NCBI GenBank assembly: GCA_004431415.1
Contig: QPMI01000056.1
Coordinates: forward strand, 62,001 to 126,000
Direction of reading: 5' to 3'
DNA: 64,000 nt
DNA from: Cyanophora paradoxa CCMP329
Taxonomy: Eukaryota; Plantae; Glaucophyta
Part shown: piece after piece, positions 25,701 through 37,200 of the stretch
How the letters are laid out: each line of letters begins with the position of its first letter
Position numbering within the stretch: position 1 is the first letter of the stretch
Notes under the pieces: model-generated
The model's database searches: none
What the model was told of the DNA's origin: nothing
Seen by the model: only the letters and a program-made list of their open reading frames with translations
Position numbers and translations under genes: made by a program

Positions 25701-27255
25701 CCGGCCAGCCGGGCCCTGGGATAGCGCCGCCTGACTCCGTACCCCCCGCCCGCCCGCCTGACCGGGGGCGCAGTGCGGGGCCTGCGAGCGGATCATCAAG
25801 ACGCCCATCCCCCTCTCCTACAGGTACCCCCCTCCCCCTCCCTCCCCCCGCCTCCCCCCCCCCCTTTTCACCTGAGGCGGGCGGCAGCCGCCACTGCTCG
25901 CGCTTCCTGACCCTCTGGTGCGCCACGCTGCCCTTCGTTCTGGTACCCCCCGCCACTCTCCCCCCCCCCCTCGCCTTTTCTTGTTCATCTCGCCCACTCG
26001 CCATCTCGCAGGTGCGGGACCTCGGATGGGCGATCATCCCCGTGGTGCGTTGTACCCCGCCCCGCCCCGCCCGCCTCCCCCTGTCTAGCCAAGCTCTAGG
26101 CCCAGGCACAGCGTCACTCTCCCCGCCCCGCCCCGCCCCGCCCCGCCCCGCCCCGCCCCGCCCTGTGTAGCCAAGCTCTAGCCCTAGCCCTTCCCTCCAC
26201 CTTCCCCCTGCCCCCGCCCTCACCCCCCTCCCCTCCCTCAGACGGCGATGCTTACGTACGCCGTCGTCGGCATCGAGGTCCGTTCGTTCCGTCGGGTCTG
26301 GGCCGCTTAGGCCCTTCTTTTCTTTCGGCTGTGGCTCCGTTCCGTCCGTTCCGTTCCGTCGGGGCCGGTGGTCCCGGGCCGCTTGGGCCCTTCCTTTCTT
26401 TCGGCCAAGTCCTAGGATCGGCCCGGGCTCCGAGGAGCCTGGGATCGGCTTTCGGCTTTCTGGCCGCTTTCGGTCCTAGCAGGGATTCCCTTGTTCCCTT
26501 TTTCACTTAGAGCCGCCCCCGCCTCCTTCCTTCCCTTCCTTCCCCGGCCGAGCGGCCCGCCCTTCCTTTGGTGGGTGAGCTGGCCTCGTTTCCCTTGACA
26601 CGGGGCGGCCGTTTCCGGGTGCGCAGGAGATCGGTCACCAGGTCGAGGAACCGTTCACCACCCCGGTGCGCCCGCCCGCCCGCCCGCCCGCCCCGCATCC
26701 ACGTAGCCTAGCGCTAGTAGCGCTCTTGGGCCGGCGCCCGCTTTGGTCGTCCCCGTGTCTTGAGGCCCGCTGCGCGCCCGCCCGCCCGCCCCGCATCCGC
26801 GTAGCCTAGCCCTAGTAGCGCTCTTGGGCCGGCCCCGGCGCCCGCACTCGTCGTCCTCCCCGGTCTAGATACTAGTACCCATAATCTACAATCCGCCGGC
26901 GCCTGCCCATCCGCCGGACTAACGGCGGCCTCCGTCCCCCCACCTATCTAACTACCCAACTAACTAACTCCGCCCCCCGCAGTTCTCGCGGATCCCGATG
27001 CCTGCACTGGCCGACACGGTGGAGACGGACCTCATGGAGATGCTCGCCCACCACCGCCAGGTCCGAGGGGGGGGGGGGGGGGGGGGGGGGTCGGATCCAG
27101 GGGGGTAGGAGGATAGGGATAGGATGCCGCGTCTCCCTGAGATCTCGTCGCCTTGCGCGGCCGGGCTGACGCGGTGCGAGCAGCTGGAGGAGTCGGCGGC
27201 GCCGGACAGCCCCGGGAACCTGCACGAGAGCTACATCGTCGGCGGCGGCGCCTAG
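22730..27255 (+). CDS. Bestrophin-like (UPF0187/YneE; VCCN/BST-type) anion channel with probable plastid transit peptide, ~19 exons
   Basis: Motifs after splicing: EEWLKNILDIPKSSVLKRI; PHSLLATALGLLLVFRTNSAWSHYTEARK; CGACERIIKTPIPLSYSRHCSRFLTLWCATLPFVL; GIEEIGHQVEEPF; IPMPALADTVETDL. N-terminus is basic and Ser/Ala-rich. TAG at 27253-27255. Confidence 0.92.
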
Positions 27256-28214
27256 CCCGCCGGACTCGGGCGCTTGGCTTAGCTGCAGCCGAGCGCAGCT
27301 GCAGCGTAGCTATAGCTCGCCTTGTTTCACTTCGAATTTCTGACTTAAGCTTCCTGCAGGGAGCTCGTTGATAGGCTAGAAACCTTTCTCCCGTAGATGT
27401 AAAGATTATGTCGAAGCTTAACTCAGTTAAGACTAATTTCAGGCAATGCAAACTCGAATTCTGCTGTTCAATTGCTATTGCCGTATCGAAGGCAGCTTCA
27501 TGTCGCAGTACTACGGTAAACTATAGCTGCTTAATGTGCCTGGGGAAGGGGAAAGATAGGGGGGGGGGGGGGGGGGGGGGGGGGTCGGCGCAGCGGCGGG
27601 AGGAAGGAGTCGTCATCACCCGGGATCCGGAGCTCGATCGCGAGCCTCGGAGTGGCGACAGCTACGACAGGCGGCTGCGACGCCTATATATAGCCACACT
27701 GACGCCTCTAATATACCCCCTCGAGCTGGATAGGCTATTATATATATAATTAGACAAGAGGCCGCTCGGACCGTGCATGACATGCAAGACGTCGACTCTG
27801 CAGAGCTGCAAACCGTACATTCGCATCTGCTACCGTATGTGCGGCCGCCACGGGCGGGCCGGGGCGGTAGGAAATTGTTGTGAGCACAGTCGCTGCATCA
27901 GCCACGCTTTTAAGCGACGTTCTGCCTTCCAGCCTACCACTTCTCCCTCAGTTTAGAGTGTGCTGAATGAGCCCTGGCAGGAGTTGGACAGATGGGCCTG
28001 TACATGTGTGTGAATGCGACCACAGTATCCTGCAAATGACCTTTAAATTTATTCTCGTATGCGTACATGTACATATATATGCATATGTATGTATGATCAA
28101 AGCCTGAATGTCGAAAACGAAAAGTTGCACACCATAGCTAATATCTAATGGCGAGCTCCGGAATTCTCGTACGTATACAGAGCTCGAGCTTGGGGGTTTA
28201 ATTTATAATCGAAG

Positions 28215-31200
28215 TTAGAGGCTGACGTTGTGGGCGTCGCCGTCGAGGTAGGCGGAGGACGCCTCCGCTTTGTAGCCGTCGCGCGTGTAAATGTATGGGT
28301 GCGAGGCCTCGCCGGCCGCGCCGCCGGGCCAGATCGGCACCACGACGAGCTGGTTCAGCCCGTCTCGCGACAGGCCCGACACCGCCAGCGACGTCCGCCC
28401 GCCCTTCACTGTGGCGATCGCCTTGCCGTCCTTCACGACCTGGTAGGCCTCGGGGGTGCCAAGGCCAGCAGTCGGGGCGTTCCATGAGAGGGTGCCCGAG
28501 GTGCCGCCAAGCAGGCCGGTTGAGACGCCGGTGAGCCGAAGGTTGGACGGGGCGTTGCGGGAACCCCGTGCATTGCCGATCGCGACGGTGCCCATCAACA
28601 ATCCGGTCACGGCCGGTCCGAAACCGAGCACAAGGGGCACGGCGTTGCTCGATGCTTCACCAGAGTGACCGCTTGACGTAAGAGGCGCCACCGTGAACAC
28701 AGAGCGCGCTCCAGCTCGCAGGCCACGCGCTGTGTAACGCGTGACGCCAGCGCCCGCGCCCGTTGCTGGCACGGTGGCGATCTGCTGCCCGTTGAGCATC
28801 ACAACGTATCTGCGCATCGAGAAACGTTAACGTTACGTATATACCGCTGCAGATTGCGATTGAGCGTGACGACAGTAGGCTCGCAAAACCCCGGTAATGC
28901 GCACCCCGTAATGGCGCCGGCGCTTGCAGCTGCCGCGGCTGCTGGGGCGGTCCACGCCAGCTGCGCGGCCGATCCGTCCGCCGCAGCGGGGGCGACGGTG
29001 AGGGTGATGCCTGAATCGCTCCCGGCGCTGCCAGCCACCAGCGGGTACGAGGGCGGTCCGGCGACGCCATTGTCGCCGACGGGTACGACCTGGAAGACTG
29101 TGGCACGGTCGCGGGGCAGGCCGGAGACCTCGAATTGAGTCTGGCCGTCCGCTGCCGCGGTGGTGCCGATTGCACGGCCGCCCATGAAAATTATGAAAGC
29201 GCTCAGAGCTCCGGATCCGGACGCGGGCGAGCTCCAGTTCAGCGTGCCGGACGCCCCTCCAAAGAGGCCAGACGAAATGGCCGTGAGTTGCAGGTTGCCT
29301 GGGGCGCTCGGGCTGGGAGCGTTGATGGTTGCGCCGAAATCCGCGGACGTGCCGTTCGGGGCAACAAACAGAGGGATGGTGTTGCTCGACATCTCGAGCT
29401 CAGGAGTTCCATATGCATTCTTCGAGTACAGCGGCGCCACTGAGAACACCGAGCGTGCTCCCGTTCGCAGGCCACGCGCTGCGTAACGGGAGACGCCAGC
29501 GCCCGTTGCTGGCACGGTGGCGATCTGCTGCCCGTTGAGCATCACAACGTATCTGCGCATCGAGAAACGTTACAGATTGCAATTGAGCGTTGCGAATATT
29601 AATTAAGCTCGCAAAACCCCGGTAATGCGCACCCCGTAATGGCGCCGGCGCTTGCAGCTGCCGCGGCTGCTGGCGCGGTCCACGCCAGCTGCGCGGCCGA
29701 TCCGTCCGCCGCAGCGGGGGCGACGGTGAGGGTGATGCCTGAATCGCTCCCGGCGCTGCCAGCCACCAGCGGGTACGAGGGCGGTCCGGCGACGCCATTG
29801 TCGCCGACGGGTATGACCTGGAAGACGGCGGCGCGGTCGCGGGGCAGGCCGGAGACCTCGAACTGCGTCTGGCCGGGTGCGGTGGTGCCAAGAAGCTCGC
29901 CATCTTTCATTACCACGTACGAGTTCGCTGGGCCGGCGGCGGGGCGATTCCACGACAGGACGCCGGAACGTCCGCCGAGAAGTCCGAACGAAATGGATGA
30001 AAGCTGCAGGTTGCTCGGGGCGTCACGATGTGGTGCGGCAGACATGCCAGGCACTGCAGGCTGGCCCGCCACGGGGGCACTGTCGCCGGCCTGCGAGTTT
30101 TGGTCGACGGCCCGGACGACAAAGAACGAGCCGGCCGCGGTAGCCGAGCTCATAGTTGAAGCTAGAAGTAGATAGGAGTACGTGTCCCCAGGCACGGCTC
30201 CCACGAGCACGGATGGGCGTCCAGCTGCAGCACGGTCGGCCGCCCAGACCTGAGTTCGCGAGTTCAACGGAAGCCGCAGCCCGAGTCCTGATCGATATCA
30301 CGAGGGCCGCAATCGCGATCGCGAGCACCTGGTATGTGGCGACGGAAGAGCCGCCAGCAGCAGCGGCCTCGGGGGCGTCCCACGCGACGATGAAACCAGC
30401 GCCGGCGCCGGCACTCGTAGCACCGTCGCCTCTTGCCACGTTCGAATTCGCGATCGGATCGTACGCAAGCATGGTCCGCACGTTCCGAGGGGCAAACGGA
30501 GAAGAGCCGAGGCCCGAACCAGCGCCTGGGCCGCCAGGCCCGGCGGCTACTGGCGGGCTGCTGCCGGCCTGACCGTTGCGACCGACTGCGCGGACGAGGA
30601 GCAGGCCGCCCGCCGCGGCGCCCGCCAGACCGGCCGGCAGCACGGACGAGGTCGCATCCGGCGAGGCAGTGCCGAGCAGGCGCCCCGGAGAGCCGTCAGG
30701 TCCAGCAGACCAGATCTGTAGAGCGCGCGCGTTCAAGATACGACTCCATCGTTGTCGAGAGGTGTACATATGCGAACCTCGAATTTCGAAATGGGAGATC
30801 CGGATCCAGCTCCGGATCCGGAGGAGCCCGCAGCATCTGGCCGGTCCCACGTGACAACTGTCGAACCAGGATTGCTCGGGGACGAGAACGCTTGCACGTT
30901 GCGCGGCGCAAACGCTGGGTTGCCGGATCCGGAGCCAGCGCCGCCGCCGGGAGTAGCAACGGGCGGGGTGCTGCCCGCCTGGCCGTTGCGGGCGACAGCG
31001 CGGACAAGGACAAGCCCGCCGGCAGCCGCCGCGCCAGCGGGAAGGGCGTAAGAGGTCGCGTCCGGCGAGGCAGCGCCAAGCAGGCGCCCCGGGGAGCCGT
31101 CAGGTCCAGCAGACCAGATCTGTCATGATCAGATCTCGAGACTCAGCGGACCGTATACTCAGAGCAGCGGCCGAGAGGCACGCGAACCTCGAACTTTGCG

Positions 31201-34200
31201 ACAGGGGATCCGGAACTCGATCCCAGTTCGGGACCCGCGACGTCAGGTGGGCCCCAGGCAACAACAGTAGACCCGGGTTGATTCGGTGACGGGAAGGTCC
31301 GCACGCTGCTCGGCACGTACGCCGGATTGCCGGTGCCGGCGCCTGCTCCGAAGCCGGCACCGGGTGCGGGCCGAGTCCACGACAAGTTGGCGGAGCCGGG
31401 GCCCTGGTTGTACGGTGCACTCGTGAGACCGAGGCCCTGGTTGGGGTACGGCTGGTTGGCTGCGCCAGAGTACGGCTGATACCCAGGGGTCGTGCCGGGG
31501 CCGCTGCTACCCCACCTCGGCAGAATTCCGCCGGAGCTTGCCTTGAGCTTAGAGAGAACAAGGCCGCCAATCAGGAGAGCGACGCCGCCAATGCCAAAAG
31601 CGATGGGCAAAATGAACGCGAGCTGCGTGCGCAAATTCCAGTCAACATTACGATCGCGATGCTCGAATTAAAGCAAAGCGCTATCTAGATCCTATTGAAT
31701 ATATAAGATTGCCGATCGTGAACATATATAGCGAACCTGGCTGTCGTTGCTCTTGGAGGTCTGGTGGTCGGGTGGGGCGGCGTAGCCGAGCTCTGATGAC
31801 AGGATCGGCACAGGCATACTCGTGTCCGGAGGAATGAGGGCGCCGGTGGTGAACGTGGTCAAGTGAGTGCATCGTCCGCGGAGGTACCACGTCGTCTGCG
31901 TGCCTCCCATCAGCCGCAGCCGCAGCGCCGCAAGCTAGCAATTGAAGGGAAGGGTCTGGAGTGACGTACGCCGATCTGGAAGATGTCCCCGGGCTTGCTG
32001 GGGTCGTTTGCATCACCTGCTATATATAATTAGGTGCCGTAATGAGAATATACATTATTAAGGGTCGATGCGCAGATCAGATAAAATGATAACTCGCGAG
32101 CGTGCACCGAGTTCCATGTTGGCCGGAGGGCCGCACGCCTCCCAGGACTCGGAGGTGATATTCCAGAAGAGGAGGGAGAGCGCGGGGAACATCGGCGGCC
32201 GCTCGACCACAGTCGCGGGGAAAGGAATCTCTGCATATGTAAACCGTAAGATGATAAAGCGAAGCTCATGCGGGAGCGCTATCGTGGGTGATCTAGACAG
32301 TAATTATATATCACGAACCCATAATAATTGGGGCGCTTGCACTGAGGCCTTCGATAGTCTGTCCGAGAACTGCGAACGAAAATCATGTCAATTATATTCA
32401 CCAACTCGAGCTCCATGTCAAGCATGCCGAGCAACTCGAGCTCCAATATTCTGGATAATGTGGGACAAACCGGAAATATCGAGGAAACTGCAAAGAGCGT
32501 GGCCACGAACGCGTAAGAGATTAAAGTATTCAAAAGCTTCTAATTCAGACAAAAAATCTGACAGCCTCACCCCCCAATAATCTTGGCGACGCCAACGCCA
32601 CCAGAACGTGGGCGGTACACGAGCGCGTACGGCGACGTCTCCATGTTCACCACTGCAACAGCGAACCCGTCCGTCCCCTCTGTTGAAAGCATAAGCTTTT
32701 ATAATACATATTTTATACAGCTTCGATACTGCTTGGATAAAGCGATGGCTTTCTATTGACGTGATGAGCATCGCGATAAGAGTTTACCTCTCGGTACGAA
32801 ATCGCGGATTTCTGAGATACATATAAATTGGGCACTTGCGTAAGAACCAGCTGAGGGTGCAAATGTTTGGGTTTGGGAAGTGAGCGCACGGAACGGTAGC
32901 AAAACTCTCGACTGGGCAACGCCCGTTGTTTTGTCCTGGTCAACCTGAATATTTGCAAGCGAGGACGATGATCAGTTCACATACAATACGACTAGAAAGG
33001 ACCGAGACGCGCACCGGGTAGTAGGGTCTCTCGTCGGTGAAGCAAACTGAAAATCGGGAGCAGCCTTCAGCAATATTTGCAGGTCGGGTACACGAGAAGC
33101 TTGCGCACTCTTTCCAGTCGTTATGCTGGCCTCCTTCACGCCGCGCTTTTTGAAGCCTTGAGAGCACAGGGTGCAGGCTGCGTTGCTTGCCGCGGGTTTC
33201 TGATGCCAGAAAATTTAAATTTCCGAACCTAGCTTCCACCTGACTTATATATATAATAATTAGAAGCCCGGACCTTGATGAGCTGGTCGAGTAGGCCCAC
33301 CAGAGGGCTCGTGAACTTCCCGTTCGACGTCCTAACCTCTGCCCTGTTGAGATAGGTAACGTCGGGGCTCCACTTGTCCGATGACTGCGGGGCACGCAAT
33401 TGCAACCGGTGTAAATTACAGATAATTCCGAAACAAAGCGTGGAGTTTCCAATGCGTACGATGGCCGCGCCGAGCGCCTTCGCGACTGCCGCATCCTTCT
33501 CTTCGACGATGTCGTCGGGCAGTTGGCACGGATCGATCTCCGGGGCGCATGCGTAGAGCCTCGCTATGTCGAGCTCGTCCGAAACCCTGAATTGCGATAA
33601 GCATGATTTCACGACCGCGAAGGTATCGGTATTGATAGCTGGTGGGACTAGCAAACCTCACAGCAATCGCGCCCACATTGGAGAGGGCAGTAATAGCGAG
33701 GACTTTGTCCTGAATCGACTGAGCCGAGGGAGATGACGCGCATGTGTCATTGATAAGGCTCTGGGTGCAGTTCTTGACAAGTGCGTCCGCTGAACGTTTT
33801 TGAATTGAACAATAAGTACGTAGACATTGATAAGAAATGGTGATGACGATGTGGACGCACGAAGCGAGCTCGATTGTAGTTGCTGCGCCGCAGCGCTGAT
33901 CGCTTGCAAGACTCGCGTGTCGTAAGCGAGGCGGGATAGCTTGCTCTTCAGGAGATCCAGCTGGGCCATACGTGACTGGTAGGAGGCGCAGGGGTCGCTC
34001 CGAGCCTTGACGATGGCTGTAAGGGGGACATCTGCAGTCGCACGGAGAAGGTCAAATACACAGAGCCTATTCAACGCTTCAATAGCTAGATTATAATTAA
34101 TATTCGTTATGCACGCGCACCCGTCCAGCCACCGTTTGCGTCGACGACCTGATATTCATTTAATTAGTCACATTACTCAGTACTATATATAGCTATAGCT

Positions 34201-37200
34201 AGTTGCAGAGTGCAGGGTTTAGTAGAAATCGACTTGGGAACGCACTGTCGCGATGAGATTGATCGGATTTCCGACAGGCAGAACTACAGGAGGAGGATAC
34301 GTACGTGTTAATATGCGAGCCCGGAATGATGAATGAATCGCGAGAAGCGAAAATCGTGTCGCACCGAGATCAGGCATCACGACGCCCGCTTGCGAAGGAA
34401 CCAGTAACGCGCGCCCAATCGGGGTCACGATCTGTCGTTCGCGTTATCGGCTCAGCGACTTCGAAATTGCAGATATATCTAGAGACTCGACGAGAACTAC
34501 AAAATAAATGCATTGAATGGGGTCGCACGCGGAGAGAGTAGGTGAGCGGGTTCCCGCTCGGCTCCTTTCCGCCAGGAATCCAGTCCGAGCACGTGACCGT
34601 GAACGTGTCTTCCAGCAGCCAGCCCTCGGGCGGCGTGATCACGCACTTGCCTCCCTCCGGGGGCCCCAGGAGCCGGACGCGGATTTCGTCAAAGACGACC
34701 TCGCCGGGCGGCGCGCCGGGATAGCTCGCGTAGCAGCGCAGAATGTACTCCTTGTCTGTACGTATACGTTTATGTAAGAACTCTCGGTTTGGATAGAATT
34801 CGAAGCTGGATAAGAGGGCGCCGCACTTGGCACGAGAACGGGACGCTTGTCAGGAGTGAAGTTGAGGATGTTTTCCGCTTTCGTCGTCCCGCTATTAAGA
34901 TAGCTGAACCAGAGGATTAGAAAGAGACCATTTACACATTGTACGGCGTTTGGTAAACGAGTGTGCGCACTCCAGAAGACCCGCGAGCTCAGGCTCGTTG
35001 TTGGGCGCGACCCACCCTTGCACGGCGACGCTTGGGTACTCCGGGTCCGAATCGACGCGTGAGCGACAGCGCAGCGCAAGCGAGCTTCTCGGGAGAAGGT
35101 TCATCGGGTTTTTTGTAGGCGAAATCTCGGTCTAGGGATTTTGACGCGGTCAGAGTTTGAATTGTGAATGCATGTGCTGTGGATACGACGCTTATTCGAG
35201 CATTCAGCGTACATCAATCTTGACGACGGGAAGTGGCTTGTCGAGAACGGAGATCGTGACAGATGTCATGTCCTCGGCCTTTGTTCCATCGGGGCACGTG
35301 GCAACCGTCTTCAAGTGCAGGGTGTAGGAGATTCCGGGGTTGAAGTTTGCTTCGCGGGGGCAGTGGTGAGCAATTATGAAGAGCGCGAACAATATTCAAA
35401 TCGCCTGATGCAGCAACAGAGCTCACCGATCGGGTTGGGAGTGGCGGAGCTGGGCGACAGTGAGACGGTCTTCAGCTCAGCACTGGGCCCCGCCTTGAAT
35501 AGGGCGTTGGGGCTCTCGAAGGCCTCGCCCTGGGGCACCAGGCGCCACTCGTGGACGAGAACCGCCGCCGCCGGGCACTTCCCGCGCGGGACCGAGCTGC
35601 GCGAAATACGTCTCAACTCGCCTGTCGTTTACGTTTACAGTGTAGTGTAGAGCCGGAGCCAAGACTATAGTTTATAGTGTAGTTATAAACGAAATCTCTC
35701 TCAGTTTATAGTGTGGATTCGGGTGGATAGTTATAGTCAGTTATAGTTATAGTTATATAGTTTTCTCAGTCAGTTATAGTGTGGATTTGCGAATTTGACG
35801 CACGCGGCGGTGGCGAGGAACGGGACATCCTTCCCCACAGTGCGGTCGCCGCCGCTGATGAGGGCCTGGACGATGGCGACGTCCGCGGGGGCTGCCAAAA
35901 TTAAAGGTTATAATTAGCCGCGTACAGCACATGTACAAATAGTAATATTGTAATTGCTCACGAGCACAAGCAGGCGACGGGAAATCCTTGGATGCTTCCT
36001 GAGGTAAACGTTGGCAGCTGTGAAGGTAGCTAAAGAAGTGGAACCTCCATACACAGCACTCACCGTCCAGCCTCCGAACTTGTTCATAGCACGCAGGAGA
36101 ACGCGGTGTACGCGGCCGCAAGTTGGCGAGAAGCTCATGCTGGTGGCAAGGTCCCAGGAAGTGGCGGCGCTGCCGACACCGTCCACGCGCCCGATCACTT
36201 TGTCGTGGTCCACGATCCCTGTGATTCCCTTCATCGTGGGCGCCGGGCTCGACTTGAGCTGCGTTCAGATGCATATTAATTCCGGGCGTGCTAAATCCGA
36301 TCCAAGTTCCGGGGCTCACCACGAGCACTAAGATAGTATATCTGATCAAAAGAGCGACAAGTTAGACGCGTATAAAAAGAGCGGATCAGTCTCTTCAGGA
36401 AAGCTTTCTCATGATCACCCGTACGGGGTTGCGTTTGCGGTCGGCGTGACCCAAGAGACAACGGATCCGGCCACGCTCGGCTGAGGAGCTGGCGGTACGA
36501 ATTTTGCGAAGCTTCAGTCTCAGGCACTTGTGTAGCGCAAGAATTGCATGGCACAGACCTACGAATCGCTGGGGATCCTTGAATGTAGTTGCGAGTTCGG
36601 GATTAAAAATATATGACATCTGATCGATCGCAAATGCGTTACATCAATAACAACTAACAGTAACGTGCGCTTTAAAAGCTTTACGCAGAACAAATCTGAA
36701 TCCACCTGGATGGAAACGCCGTCACCGGGGACAAGCACGCCGTTGTGACGAGGCTTGAAGTCAAACCAGAGCCCTGCGCGATGTCGCGTTCGTTGGATCA
36801 GAACAGCGAATCTCGGCGAGGATGGAGGGTCAAGCTCACCCATGAGATGGTCGGCGGTTGTCGTCGCGTCCTTCGCGATGGTCCCGTACGCATTAACGAA
36901 CGGGCTCGTCAGCTTGACACCGAATGATCTGCATCGCGATCGTCAAAACAACAGGAAATGAAGACGTTTGAGTGGTACTCTATAAGATCCATATGTGCTT
37001 GATTTGTACCGCCTACCTGCTTATTCCAGCGCGTGCGATAGGATTCTCCGCGATCATACCGATAAAGCAACTGAGTTCGAAACAAGAATCATTAGCAGAG
37101 CAGTTCCGCATGAAATACATATGAAATTAAAACAGTCTTGCAGCTGGCGCGGACCGATCTGTAAAAGCATTAATGTCTGCATGTGTGCTGCATTTATATA

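Noticed and set aside
1-27300. Many long Arg/Gly/Pro/Ala-rich ORFs on both strands in the ORF track
   Set aside because: They are shadow ORFs from extreme GC content and read-through of short introns; real proteins emerge only after splicing
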